A stretch of DNA of 63,369 nucleotides, the filler included, from Basidiobolus ranarum (taxonomy: Eukaryota), in NCBI GenBank assembly GCA_040143965.1. It is 54 parts of 54 records of this genome, joined end to end, with 100 filler letters (N's around TTAATTAATTAA, not from the genome) between each part and the next. Parts side by side here need not be neighbours in the genome. Positions count along the whole stretch, not along the records: positions 1 to 1,082 come from JASJQH010013400.1; positions 1,183 to 2,264 come from JASJQH010013401.1; positions 2,365 to 3,446 come from JASJQH010013402.1; positions 3,547 to 4,627 come from JASJQH010013403.1; positions 4,728 to 5,808 come from JASJQH010013404.1; positions 5,909 to 6,989 come from JASJQH010013405.1; positions 7,090 to 8,170 come from JASJQH010013406.1; positions 8,271 to 9,351 come from JASJQH010013407.1; 46 more parts are not named here. One strand, written 5' to 3'. The notes beneath the pieces are model-generated. The model saw nothing but the letters and a program-made list of their open reading frames with translations, made no database searches and was not told the DNA's origin. This document shows, piece after piece, positions 1 to 12,259 of the stretch. Position numbers and translations under genes: made by a program. Every line of letters begins with the position of its first letter. Within the stretch, counting starts at the first letter, position 1.

Positions 1-394
1 TGTAGGGGCTGGTGTAGACATAATACTTACTATGTTGGGAGGGGGAAGTTTTAAAACCATAAGTTTCTCTAGGAATGATAATCTCAATGCAATGTCCTAC
101 TTTCTGTACAAGGAACAATTGGTGCCTTGCCAAAAGAATATGCTGGTATCAGTGTCCTTTGATATTGATCAAGTACTGAGGCTTCTTTGATCAAAAACAA
201 CTGTAAACTCAACCAGTAGTGTCCTGATAAGGATGCACTTAGAGCAAATATCCAAAGGTGGAGGGTACCTTTTCCTTAGCAGGGAAGCATGGTAAAGATG
301 TGGAATAATAGGGAAACCAACCTTTGGGGGTTTCAAGGTAGGAGAACAGGAATGGAGAGAAGTCCACAGGCAAGTGTAAGTAGTCTGATGAAAC

Positions 395-883
395 TGTCAC
401 ATTGAGGAACTCAACAAGGACTGGAAACAAAGACAAGAGGCTAGAAGGCAGGAGAGTACTTGAGTGTAAACCGGAAGACAAGACAAGACTGGACAAGACT
501 GAACAGGGAAGATACTTATGCAACAATCTTTATTGATAACTGGCATTGAGCAGACTGAGGTCTGATCAAGGAATACATGGGGCTTATATAGATATTGCAG
601 CATGAAACATATCATACTGAATAGGGAATATACTGTGCCAAGTTCAAGTGTTGGGGTGTTGGGGACTGCAAGGACCAATACAACAAGAGATGAAGTAAGG
701 ATGATGTAAGGATGCTCAGGTGACCTTCCATGGAATGTATTGGTGGAAATATATTATGTGTGGGATGACATGAATGGTTAGGTTGCATGGAATGTCCCAA
801 GAGCATGACTTCCATATAAGGTAACCTGGATGAACAAACACAAGATTGCCAAGAAGGGATGGCACAGTAGATATGATGGCATA
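395..883. repeat. Probable solo LTR (family c, ~490 bp)
   Basis: Starts TGTCAC. Reverse-complement copies at 1862-2264, 31821-32050 and 35345-35395. The last two end sharply at ...TGTGACA in unrelated flanks. Confidence 0.6.
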
Positions 884-963
884 ATCTGATAATAGAAAAG
901 TTCCATTTGCAGTGGATCAGTATGCCAGGATCAGAATCATGCCAGGAAGTCTTTGCATATAGA

Positions 964-1082
964 CCCTAACCAAAATAAAATCGATTTGATCCGGATCGGA
1001 TCCACCCTCCAAAATAGCAAAACCGTCAGAGAACCGTCACAATATCATTGGCTTGCATTCTGCCAGGGATTTTGATGGTGTG
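964..1082 (+). mobile_element. CMC/EnSpm DNA transposon terminus A (young copy)
   Basis: CCCTAACCAAAATAAAATCGATTTGATCCGGATCGG... The same terminus occurs in 5 other contigs with different flanks. Confidence 0.85.
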
Positions 1083-1182
1083 NNNNNNNNNNNNNNNNNN
1101 NNNNNNNNNNNNNNNNNNNNNNNNNNTTAATTAATTAANNNNNNNNNNNNNNNNNNNNNNNNNNNNNNNNNNNNNNNNNNNN
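1083..1182. other. Artificial contig spacer N44-TTAATTAATTAA-N44 (first of 53)
   Basis: Identical 100-bp spacer about every 1.17-1.18 kb. TTAATTAATTAA gives stops in all six frames. Contig lengths fall monotonically from 1082 to 1070. Confidence 0.99.
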
Positions 1183-1283
1183 GTATAAATGCTTAATTTC
1201 TGGTCAATAAATAATCATCTCACAAAGCTATTAACAGCTCCACTTTTCTAAAGTTCCTCCAAACAGCCCATATTTTCCCAATA
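1183..1283 (+). repeat. LTR-like 3' end (family b)
   Basis: The same sequence ending ...CATATTTT(C/G)CCAATA occurs at ~20115-20213 and 50594-50684, each followed by a different TE. Confidence 0.6.
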
Positions 1284-1861
1284 AAATCCATTAAAACTAT
1301 CAACCATAGATTGATAAGGAAGTTTCTAGCTTTCATTTGGATGTAAGAATATCTGATTTGCACCATCTTTGATCAAATTGAGATTTGCTTCCATTGGCAC
1401 AGATATTGGACTAAATTCTTAGATGGTACATCAGCTCAATAGGATCGGCAAGTTGAAATTTGGTAGATCAGTAAGCATAAGTATTCTTCAAAGTCTTCAA
1501 ATCCTAAGTTGCTATAATAAGATGCTTTATATTTAAGGCTAATCAAGCAGGGCTTGTCCTATTTAGCCTGAAATAGATATTATAGCAAGTATTATTCATT
1601 TGAAATTTGTATTTTTCCACCATAGTGTTTATCTCACAATTCTAAGCTAGTGGATATTATTTCAAGACATGGAGTATTTTCTGGAGTCTGCAACCATCTT
1701 TAGAGTTTTGCAGGTCCATAAACCTATCTGGCTGGTCCACATAGATTTTCTTGGCAAATTTGCCATTCAAAAATGCTAGTATAACATCAATTTAATATTC
1801 TGTCATGATTCTGACCTTAGCATACTGATCCAATGCAAAAAGAACTCTTCTATTATTAGAT
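1284..1861 (-). mobile_element. Ty1/copia RT remnant, degenerate
   Basis: Clear nucleotide similarity to the RVT_2 region at 4728-5808. Frameshifts and stops. Confidence 0.75.
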
Positions 1862-2364
1862 TATGACATCATATCTGCTGTGCCATCCCTTCTTGGCAAT
1901 ATGGTGTTAGTTCATCCAGAGTACCTTATATGGAAGTCATGTTCTTTGGAACATTCCATGAAACCTAACTAATCATGTCATCCCACACATAGTGTATTTC
2001 CACCAGGACCTTCCATGGAAGGTCACCTGATCATCCTTACATCATCCTTACATCATCCCTCTTTGTATTTGTCCTTGTAGTCCCTAACACCCCAACGCTT
2101 GAACTAGCCACAGTATATTCCCTATTCAGGATATTATGTTTCACCTTGCAATATCTATATAAGCTCCATGTATTCCTTGATCAGACTTCAGTCTGATCAA
2201 TGCCAGTTATCAATAAAGATTCTTGCCAAAGTATCTTCCTTGTCCAGTCTTGTCTTATCTTGTGNNNNNNNNNNNNNNNNNNNNNNNNNNNNNNNNNNNN
2301 NNNNNNNNTTAATTAATTAANNNNNNNNNNNNNNNNNNNNNNNNNNNNNNNNNNNNNNNNNNNN

Positions 2365-3280
2365 TCTTCACCTCCCCACCCAGTCATCCTTGGTATCTCA
2401 TGGCTCATGCAGCACAACCCAGTAATCAATTGGAAGAAGAAGATTATGATGTTGAAGCAAACTGCACCTCCTAGTCCATATTTGCCAACCTGCAAAGTAT
2501 CCAACTTATCACCGGCCCAACTCCTAAAAACATCTGTAAAGCCAATATCCATTGACAGTATTGCTGAAGAGCTGAAACCAACAAAACCTATGGTTCATAA
2601 GCTCCCACCTAAATACCAAGCCTTTGCTGATGTTTTTGACAAAAATAAATCTGATATACTCCCATTTGACTGGAACCCATCTTGGCAACAAGCATTTGTA
2701 ACTTTAAAGGGTGCTTTTACTGCAGCACCAATCCTGGCACATCCCAAGCTAGACAAGCCATTTATTGTTGAAACTGATGCATCCAACTTTGCTCTTGGAG
2801 CAGTATTATTACAGTTTGATGATGACAACTTACTACACCCTGTTGACTTTTACTCAAGAAAGTACTCTGCCATAGAAATCAACTATGACATCTATGGCAA
2901 GGAACCATTAGCAATTATTGCTGCGTTTGAACAATGGCAACAATACTTGGATAGAGCAAGTCACAAAATCACAGTTTATTGTGGTCACAAGAATCTTCAG
3001 TATTTTAGTACAACCAAGGTTCTCTGTTGTTGTCAAGCAAGATGGTCATTATTTCTTGTCAGTTTTAATTTTGTGATCACATATTAACCAGGAATCCAGC
3101 AAGGAAAGCCTGATGCCTTATCACATAGGGCAGAATATCAGCCTAAAGAAGGGGATGAGGCCTTTGGCCAACAAAATACTTCTTTACTGAAGCCCCACCA
3201 ACTTCAAATTAGTGCAAATGCCCTCTCTCTGCCTAGTTCAAGCACATTCCATGAAAACATCCACAAACTTCAATCTGAAG
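2365..3280 (+). mobile_element. Ty3/gypsy pol fragment (protease end, RNase H), RT core deleted
   Basis: ORF 2407-3087: VILGISWLMQHNP, FIVETDASNFALGAVL, EINYDIYGKEPLAII, GHKNLQYF. Confidence 0.9.
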
Positions 3281-3546
3281 ACCCATTAGACTTGTTCCAT
3301 CGGACCAGGTCAGATTGTGCTGCTCAATCCAGCCTGCTAGCACACCATCTGGCGCGATCTGTCAATTACCATGGCTGGGTCCTATAACACTCAATCTGAC
3401 ACTATAAGGAACAATATGGCACTATCCCACCACAATCGGACACGATNNNNNNNNNNNNNNNNNNNNNNNNNNNNNNNNNNNNNNNNNNNNTTAATTAATT
3501 AANNNNNNNNNNNNNNNNNNNNNNNNNNNNNNNNNNNNNNNNNNNN

Positions 3547-4627
3547 CTGATGTGGCTAATCCCAGAGTTTTTGGAAGTACTGCATATGCAATGATTCCAG
3601 ACCGAAGAGATCAAAATTACTCCAAAAAAGCCAGAAATGTCTTTTTTTAGGATATTGTGATTGAACAAAAGGGTACAGGCTATATGACACTAAAAATGAG
3701 AGGCTAATCAAGTCAAGGGACGTGGAATTAGTGGAAGAAGAGATATTTTCAATCAAAACAATCCAGGATCAAGAATAACAACCAAAAATTGACAAAAATT
3801 CTACTTGTCTCACAAGATCTTGATCAGTGAGAAAAACATTGAAAATCTCTCACCTGCAGTCTCCTCAACCAAGCCTGAGGTGGTTTCATTGGCTAAATTG
3901 GTACCAGAAGTTGTAGTGCCAATTTCCCAGCTTAGGAGATCCAATTGGAAGAGATCTCCCCTGATTACTATTCTCACACCAGCCAAAAGGAGCCTAGTGC
4001 TAATTTGGCCTTTCTTGATGAACTCAAATCAGTACAGGAGGCTATGGAGAGTCCCAACACAAAGTTTTGGAATGCTGCAATGGCAGAGAAGTATTAGTCA
4101 CCCACAGACAACCAAATTGGGACTTTAGTTAAGTTACCTGATGATAGAAAATCAATTGGATGCAAATGGGTGTTTCAAGTTAAACAGTAAGCTGATGGAT
4201 CTGTAGAGAGATATAAAGCCAGACTTGTGAATAAAAGATACTTTCAAATGGAAGGAGTGGACTACAATCAGACATTTGCTTGTGTAGCAAAGCTTAATTC
4301 CATCAGAACCATAATAGCAATAGCAGTGAAACATAGCTTGAAAATCCATCAAATGATGTTAAAACTGCTTTTTTGAATGGGGACATGGATGACAATATAT
4401 TCATAGATCAACCAGCTGGTTTTGTGGATCCTGAGCTCCCTGACAACATGTGTAAGCTTCAAGAATCACTTAATGGACTTAAAAAATCACCCTGGGCCTG
4501 GTACACTAAGATAGACACATACTTGGAATCACTTGATTTCCAAAAGAGTATGGCAGATTTTGGGATCTACTTTAAGACAAATAAGGACATTAAGGTTATA
4601 CTTGCCTTATATGTAGATGATCTGATT
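3547..4627 (+). mobile_element. Ty1/copia integrase C-terminus to RT, pseudogenised
   Basis: KCLFLGYC, IGCKWVF, LNGLKKSPWAWY, LALYVDDL. Confidence 0.9.
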
Positions 4628-4727
4628 NNNNNNNNNNNNNNNNNNNNNNNNNNNNNNNNNNNNNNNNNNNNTTAATTAATTAANNNNNNNNNNNNNNNNN
4701 NNNNNNNNNNNNNNNNNNNNNNNNNNN

Positions 4728-5808
4728 ATGAATTGATCAGATCAATAATTTTGAAGATATTGGCACAAAACTCCCATAGAGTATGCAATATCTGGCCATG
4801 TTCCCACCATGATTTACATCAAACTACAAACCATAGATTGATAAGGAAATTTCTGGCTTTCATTTGAATCCAAGAACATCTTGTTTGAGCCATTTTTGGT
4901 CAAATTATGATTTGTCTCCATTGGGGTAGATACTGGATTAGATTTTTTCCATTTTAAACTTCTCTAGTATATCTAGAATATACTTAGACTGGTTTGAAGT
5001 TATTGTTGTGATAGTACTATCTATCTTAATTTGGATTCCAAGATAGTATGTCAGTTCACCAAGTTCAGTCCTTTTGAATTTGGCAGATAAGCTGTATTTG
5101 GTTGTCTCCAAAGTCTCCCAGTTGTTGTTTGCTATAATAAGGTCATCTACATATAAGGCTAATAAAACTGGGTCTTTCTTATCCAGCCTGAAGTAGATAC
5201 TATAGTCAGCATTACCTTTTTGGAATTTGAGTGTTTCTAAAATGCATCTATCTTACTATTCCAAGCTCTTGGAGATTGTTTTAAGCCGTAGGGTGTTTTC
5301 CGGAGTCTGCAAACTTTTTTAGGGTTTTCTGGGCCTACAAATTCATCTGGTTGGTCCATATAGATCTCCTGCGCAAGCTCACCATTCAAAAAGGCAGCTT
5401 TAACATCCATTTGATGTATAATAAACTGATATTTAGCTGAAATTGCTAACATTAATGTGAATTGAATTAAACTTTGCTAAAGGAGCAAAAGTTTCTGTAA
5501 AATCTATTCCTAGTGTTTGGGAATAGCCCTTGGCTACTAGTCTAGCCTTGTACCTTTCTATGTTGCCATCAGAATTGTATTTAACTTTAAAACACCCATG
5601 GGCAGCCAATTGAGTTTCTATCAGCAGGTAAGTTGGTTAAAATCCAAGTTTGATTATCAATCAAAGCCTGGTACTCATCAGCCATTGCAGATCACCAAAA
5701 TTTTGTGTGAGGTCCATTGAGGGCCTCTTTTACAGTCTGGGTTGCATGTATTTGAGCTGTGCAGGTGTAAGCCCAATTTTGGCACTCATTGATATAGTAA
5801 TCAGGGCT
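4728..5808 (-). mobile_element. Ty1/copia RT (RVT_2), pseudogenised
   Basis: HQMDVKAAFLNGEL, YGLKQSPRAW, LYVDDL. Confidence 0.9.
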
Positions 5809-6171
5809 NNNNNNNNNNNNNNNNNNNNNNNNNNNNNNNNNNNNNNNNNNNNTTAATTAATTAANNNNNNNNNNNNNNNNNNNNNNNNNNNNNNNNNNNN
5901 NNNNNNNNTCTGTAGTCATATATAACAGCAGATAATCTTCCAAACAGGCTTGATGTTATTATGTAAGCAAGTACACCAGTTGGAAGAGTGCAAAAGTGGG
6001 AAGTTTATCCAATGCAAGGCATCTCTCAATGGGCCAAAATACCATCAACTAAAACTCACAGCTCTCCAACCTCAACTAGTACATCTTAAAGTGTAGATAT
6101 TGGCTCCAGACTGAAGGACAAGCAAAAGGCTGCCTAATCACTGCAAAGCACACTGTGTAGTGTCACACTAC

Positions 6172-6989
6172 CCCTAACAAAAATAAAATCAATTTTCATT
6201 CTGCCAGGGATTTTAATGGTGTGATAGCAGTTTCTTAACAGTATTTTGATGGTATTGATACATTTTAAAATCTTGGTCCTCAAATTTGGCATGTGTTATT
6301 CAATATCTGGCAATTTTTGCAAAATATAATTTTCAAATGGTAAAATTACTGGGTTTACTGCTGTAGGAATTCAAATCATTTTGCAAGCCTTTATTTAGAT
6401 ATCTTAGGCTTTGTATTCCAGCCATAATGAGAATCAAAAAATACAAGAATCTTGTTATGTTCAGCCTCTACATATTCACATACCTGACTGATTAGACATA
6501 ACTCAACAACATCAATATGCTTTACCAGCAAACTAATGGTAGAAAAATTGCTAAACATCTGAAATTTTGAATAGCACTGATACTTGGCAAATAGCTGACT
6601 CTTGTTACCATTCACAATAAGAATAAGCTCCTGGATTTTGGCAAACTTCCATAAAGAATGCAGCCGAAATATCCCCAACTTGCAGTCAACAAATGTCCTG
6701 CCACAAGTAGATGTGTCATTGCTGGAATAGATTACCCCATGGCTAAAACAATAATAATGTCTATCTTGATCTATCTCACCAAGAAGTCTGTCTTGCAGCT
6801 TTCCTAAAAATACCATCAGATTATCACACAAGCAAATTAGTCCAATTACAGAGGTACTTACTCTGTGTCCATGGATTGGGCTTTGTTGCTGTTATTGTGC
6901 TCAAACAATGGGACAACCCATGAGCACATTGAAAAGAGCCCTTTGTTGGCAGGTTAATATACTCTGGAGTCTCCTTAACCCATTGCATT
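6172..6989 (-). mobile_element. CMC transposase C-terminus plus terminus A, inserted into ORF2 of another CMC copy (~6030-6171)
   Basis: CCCTAACAAAAAT at 6172. ORF 6391-6831 matches copies at 17706-18222, 22886-23491, 33518-34070 and 51766-52371. Confidence 0.8.
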
Positions 6990-7129
6990 NNNNNNNNNNN
7001 NNNNNNNNNNNNNNNNNNNNNNNNNNNNNNNNNTTAATTAATTAANNNNNNNNNNNNNNNNNNNNNNNNNNNNNNNNNNNNNNNNNNNNTTTTCATGTTA
7101 CATTGTTATTTACATCTTGACTATGTTGC

Positions 7130-8170
7130 TACATGCAAAATCTAGCAACTCCATTTTGCTGTGGAATAGGCAGTACAGTAGTGTGTAGCCTAATTTCATG
7201 TTTACACCAAAAACTAGCAAAGTCTTTGGAGCAGTATACTCCACCATTATTGCCCCTTAGGACCCATTTTGTTGTGTTGATTCTTTCTCTACAATTGCTT
7301 TGTAGTGCTTGAGCATAGTAAGGCTTCAGACTTTGATTTGAAAAAGAATACCTAAGTATAGCTTGTTTTATCATCAATAAATGTCATGAAGTACCTTTTG
7401 CCACCTAGTGGGACATTTTCTATGGGACCACATGAGTCAGAATGAATGAGGGAAAGATTCTGAGTGGACTTGATATCTCCAGAGCTTTAAAGCAGCTGTC
7501 CTTGATGTTTTCATATAACTAACCTTCACACAGGTCCAATTTAGTGATATTTCATTTTGTATTCTTATAACAAGCTGATTTTGAATCATTTGGGTCAGTT
7601 GTTGTTCTGAAATGTGGCTTAATCAGATATGCCAAGTTTGACCACTTATTTTATAAGTTCTGGCCAAGTTTATATGCTCAGAGTGCAATTTGCTGAGTTC
7701 TAACTTGTATAACTACTAAGTTTTGATCCTAGTAACTATTGTGATATGATGTTGATCTGTGACAAAATTATGTCCTTGAGTAGTTGCTTGGCTTCCTGAG
7801 AGTAGATTCTGGTCTACATTTGGTCCTTAGAGTACATCATCCAATTTTGCTGATGGTGTAACTGAATTTTGGTTTAATTTTAGCACAACTGGGCCCTTAC
7901 CAACTGCATCTCAGGCATAGTCATCACTTAAGTAGAATTTCCTTGTTCAGATGGGTTTTAAGCTGCAAGACTAATCATTCTTGTTTGCCATATGTTGGAA
8001 AGCTCATGAAGCAATATAGCACATTTCTGAGTCTTCCTTGGTGGTTGCTGATAGGCCAGACACAAGTAGATAGTTTCTATCAGTGCGTCCTTGATTTGGC
8101 TGTTTGCATTTTGGCTTTGTGGAACAAGTCCTTTCTCTTCAATCTGTGAGTGAATGGCCTGGTTTCTTGC
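7130..8170 (-). mobile_element. Ty1/copia GAG-pre-integrase/integrase remnant
   Basis: NNGGVY, PQQNGVA, IHSDSCGP-like motifs. Confidence 0.8.
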
Positions 8171-8270
8171 NNNNNNNNNNNNNNNNNNNNNNNNNNNNNN
8201 NNNNNNNNNNNNNNTTAATTAATTAANNNNNNNNNNNNNNNNNNNNNNNNNNNNNNNNNNNNNNNNNNNN

Positions 8271-9351
8271 GTTCTTCTTCTAAAGCCACTTTCTGCATAC
8301 TTGCACTGCATTTTTCCCTTCATACTTTTAAAAATACTCTTCAAGCACTTTAACTATTTTTGTATGTCCTTGTAGTGTGACACTACTGAGGGTGCTTTGC
8401 GGTGTTTGTGTGGCTTTCTGCTTGCCTTTACCTTTGGGGCTAATTTCAGCAGTTTGAAAAGTACCAGTTGAGGTTGGAGAGCTGTGAGTTTTATTTGGTG
8501 GTTTTTGGCTTGCTTAGAGGTGCCAGGTGTTGGATAAACTCCCAAATTTAGCACTGTTCCAACTAGTGTACTTGGTTCCATGGTGAAGTTAAGCTTTTTT
8601 GCCAGTATATCTGACTCTGGAAATGCAGATCTTAGTAATGGTATGAAGAATTTGGTAAGGGGGACAGTAAAGCCTAAACTCACTGGCTCCTTTGCTTTTC
8701 CCTTGGGTTTACTAACTTCCTGCTTGTTTGATACTTCTTTAGCTACTTTTCTCCCTTTTCCAAGTCAATAATTGCATACATTTTGAGATGTTTCTTGAAT
8801 AGGCCTATACTAGCCATATTACCATTTGCTTGCAAAGACCCAGGATGAGCCACATGAAATAAGTCAAGAACCTTCAGAGTAAAGCCGGGTTTTTGGTTTT
8901 TCCACAATTGGCTCAAATCCAGGTGATTTTGGGCAAGATTTTGCACAGTTTCCAAAATGTTAAACCACTCATCATCAGAGCAAGTTATGGTAGCTATGAC
9001 ATTCAGAGTCTTTTGGTTTGCTGGTTTTCCTATAAGATTTCTACTTTCCTGTACCCAAGCAATTTTGGGTTGTTGTGTAGGCTTAATAGTCCAACACATA
9101 TTCTGCTCTGATATATTGTCATGGTGACATTCATATGTATGGTGTGGGATTGAATGAAATCCCATATGAGAATGGACAGATGGAGCAGCATGTTGCTCTA
9201 GTTCAAGTACAGCATTCTGACTGTCTTGTATCATTGTTGAGTGACTCTTGACTGTTGACTAGTTGCTTCCAAATGCTGCATTAATTGCAATATTGCAGCA
9301 TTATTGCTTGTCATGGCCTGTATAGCAACTTCATAGTTTTTACTTATGATT
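8271..9351 (-). mobile_element. CMC element accessory ORF2, 3' part, degenerate
   Basis: ORFs 8354-8683 and 8743-9234 are homologous to 16528-17605, 28922-29370 and 30646-31267. Confidence 0.75.
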
Positions 9352-9451
9352 NNNNNNNNNNNNNNNNNNNNNNNNNNNNNNNNNNNNNNNNNNNNTTAAT
9401 TAATTAANNNNNNNNNNNNNNNNNNNNNNNNNNNNNNNNNNNNNNNNNNNN

Positions 9452-9559
9452 AATCCCTGGCAGAATGCAAGCCAACGATATTGTGACGGTTCTCTGACGG
9501 TTTTGCTATTTCGGAGGGTGGATCCGATCCGGATCAAATCGATTTTATTTTTGTTAGGG
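9452..9559 (-). mobile_element. CMC terminus A (young, CpG-intact) nested in an older CMC copy
   Basis: ...GATCCGATCCGGATCAAATCGATTTTATTTTTGTTAGGG, followed directly by ORF2 sequence. Confidence 0.85.
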
Positions 9560-10532
9560 AAATCATAATGGTGTTCTGCCTGCAATTCCCTTGTTGTAAT
9601 AATTCTTTTGAAATTTTCTATGGAGGGTTGTTCAATAGTGGGCAAAGTAGCTATTTTAGAAGTTGATGGTCTTGACAGTGTATTGATTGACCTTGCTCAA
9701 CTATTGACTTACTACATAATTGGGGGATTCTAATCTCTTCACTTGCACTATTGCTGGAAAGGAACATATCTTGTGTATTTATTAATACTTCATCATTACT
9801 TTAGTTAGTTTCCAGCTTGTCAAAGCCTTCCAAAGTGGATAATGGATTGCTAGGCTTCTCATCAATTAAGTCCTCTGTTCTTGCTGGTTTTTTTCCTTTT
9901 GTGCTAGCAGGCTTTGGCTTGGAAGCCAATTTTGATTTAGTTTTTGAATCCTTTTTGAATGGCATTGAAATTTTCAGATGGTAAGCTTGGTGTAATGAAA
10001 TAGCTTAGAAACAGCATATAATAAACAAAAATTACCATCCATTTTCAGAAACATCTTGTAAATCCCCTGGTGATTCATCTGTGACACCATCTCAGAATCA
10101 GCTGAAGATATTAATGGGCTATACCTAGTATACCAACCATATATAGGAAGTGTTCTGTTTTCCACAATCTCCTTCTCATGCTGGAACACAAATGTGTAAA
10201 GAAGCCCTGTTATTTTTGTCATAAATCCTTGTGCTATGAAAGCCAGAGGCTTCATAGAAAACAATAATCACAAGCATGGTCACTGCATACAGTCATCAGC
10301 TGCACAAAGCCTGGTGTATAACAACAGTAATAATTGCACTAAATCAACTTTAGTTTTGCCCATTGAGTCCACTAACTGTACTTCCTCAAAGTTTGGTAAC
10401 ACTGCCAAAGTCAAGATATTGTGAAGTTACCACAGTTATATGACCAGAATGATGTAGGTAGAAATGCAACTTTGGTCAAACCAGTAATTCCAGAAAAATT
10501 TGAGGACTTGCTGCTAGATGTGGACGTCAGTA
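9560..10532. mobile_element. Old CMC copy: ORF2 5' end (-), intergenic region, transposase 5' end (+)
   Basis: Colinear with 30840-31720. Confidence 0.8.
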
Positions 10533-10632
10533 NNNNNNNNNNNNNNNNNNNNNNNNNNNNNNNNNNNNNNNNNNNNTTAATTAATTAANNNNNNNNNNNN
10601 NNNNNNNNNNNNNNNNNNNNNNNNNNNNNNNN

Positions 10633-10853
10633 TTTTTGCAAAAATTGCAAGATATTGAATAACGCATGCCAAATTTGAGGATCAATATTTTAACATGTAT
10701 GAATAACATCAAGATACTGTCAAGAAACCACCATCACACCATGAAAATCCCTGGCAGAAAGCAAGCCACCAATATTGTGATGGTTCTCTGACAGTTTTGC
10801 TCTTTTGGAGGGTGGATCTGATCCAGATCAAATCAATTTTATTTTTGTTAGGG
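10633..10853 (-). mobile_element. CMC terminus A (old copy)
   Basis: Ends TTTTTGTTAGGG. CpGs converted to TpG/CpA. Confidence 0.85.
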
Positions 10854-11004
10854 ATAAGACTTCCATGATCCAACTGCTCTGATTTATCTTGATGCTTTTC
10901 AATGTTCTATTCCAAGTAACCTCAAATCAAAATACTTCTAAGTTTCTATGAAATTTGTTAACTTGAAGTGTACAGAGTCTCTTCTTTATAGCTTCCAGTT
11001 TCTT

Positions 11005-11560
11005 TGATAAAAGTGTTCTGGACCAGATTTGGATTTATGAATTTGACACTTTAGTTTTATTGAATTCAATAGGTCCTATTTATAGTTTACTCTGAAATTG
11101 GACTATTGGATATACTTAGAACATAACAAAAATGCCTGTAGAGAATGGGTGAAAATTGAAGAAGCTTGAAAGAAGTTTTGAGATAATAGTGAAGATTGGT
11201 AAAAGTGACCTATTTGATATTTATATAAATTTAAGTAATGAACACAGGTTTTTGAATAGCAGAGCTCAGTGCTGAATAACCAGAATATGAATAAACCAAC
11301 TACTAAATAATGAGGTGCTACATGCCTAATTTCAACATTTCTGCTCAACTAATTATTTTGGTTATCTCTTAAACCTGACTTAGATCTTGGTGATTCAATT
11401 TGTGCTTTAGCTAAAGGTTTGGCAAAGATGACATCAATTAGTTCTTTAGTAGGGCAATAGACAAGTTCAATTATGTCATTCTCTATTGCTTCTCTAATAA
11501 AATGATGCCTAATATCTATATGGTTTGTTTTAGCATGAAATGAAGAGCTTTTAGCCATTA
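11005..11560 (-). mobile_element. Ty1/copia 3' end: RNase H, PPT-like tract and 3' LTR (family d, 11005-11337)
   Basis: HAKTNHIDIRHHFIRE. LTR TGTTGAAATT...TTTTATCA. A second copy of the same structure is at 35404-36418. Confidence 0.85.
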
Positions 11561-11561
11561 A

Positions 11562-11712
11562 CCCTAAAAGATATTTGAGGATTATGATTTTAGGAAAACT
11601 ATCACAATCTCAATCTATTTTGGAATGACTAATTACTTAACATCATAATTTGTCAAGTGAGATTTGATTTTGATCAATTTTTTCAGTTTCAGGAGTGGAA
11701 TTTCAAAATGTT
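11562..11712 (+). mobile_element. CMC terminus B (degenerate) inserted in copia RNase H
   Basis: CCCTAAAAGATATTTGAGG matches CCCTAACAGAAATTTGAGG at 32459. Confidence 0.75.
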
Positions 11713-11812
11713 NNNNNNNNNNNNNNNNNNNNNNNNNNNNNNNNNNNNNNNNNNNNTTAATTAATTAANNNNNNNNNNNNNNNNNNNNNNNNNNNNNNNN
11801 NNNNNNNNNNNN

Positions 11813-12259
11813 TGGAATTGGACCAGATAAAAGATTGTGATCAAGATATAACTCTTTAGAAATTGCAAAGTGGTTTTTGGGAATGTAAGGAAATTGCGTG
11901 AGTTTATTAAAACTCAAATCTATGATATTAAAATGGCTATTCATGTTAGGCATGCCGTTATTTAAATTTAATTTTGGCGATTCTAAAATTTCCAACGCTG
12001 TTATGCTATTGTTGGAAAGATCTATTTTTCCACATATATGTTCCCAAATATAATTGGGTAACGTCCCTGATACGTTGTTGTTAGACAAATCTAAATTTTT
12101 AAAACATGGAGTGGATTTTATACCAAAACTGATGCTTAAATTTACTCTATAATACCTTTCACATGTTTTATTTGGATCCGGTTGATTAAGCCAATATTCT
12201 CCTCCTGTATCACGATACAAATTCCAAAAAACTTTACATATTCCGGTGTAATCAGACAT
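11813..12259 (-). CDS. Leucine-rich repeat protein (receptor-like LRR), 5' part
   Basis: N-cap-like NLYRDTGGEYW..C, then LDLSNNNVSGTLP, IDLSNNSI, IDLSFNKL, LYLDHNLLSGPIP. The frame is open upstream to 12367, so the start is uncertain. Confidence 0.75.

Noticed and set aside
3282..3446. CpG-containing sequence starting CCCATTAG as a second CMC-type terminus
   Set aside because: Single occurrence, with no partner TIR or TSD visible.
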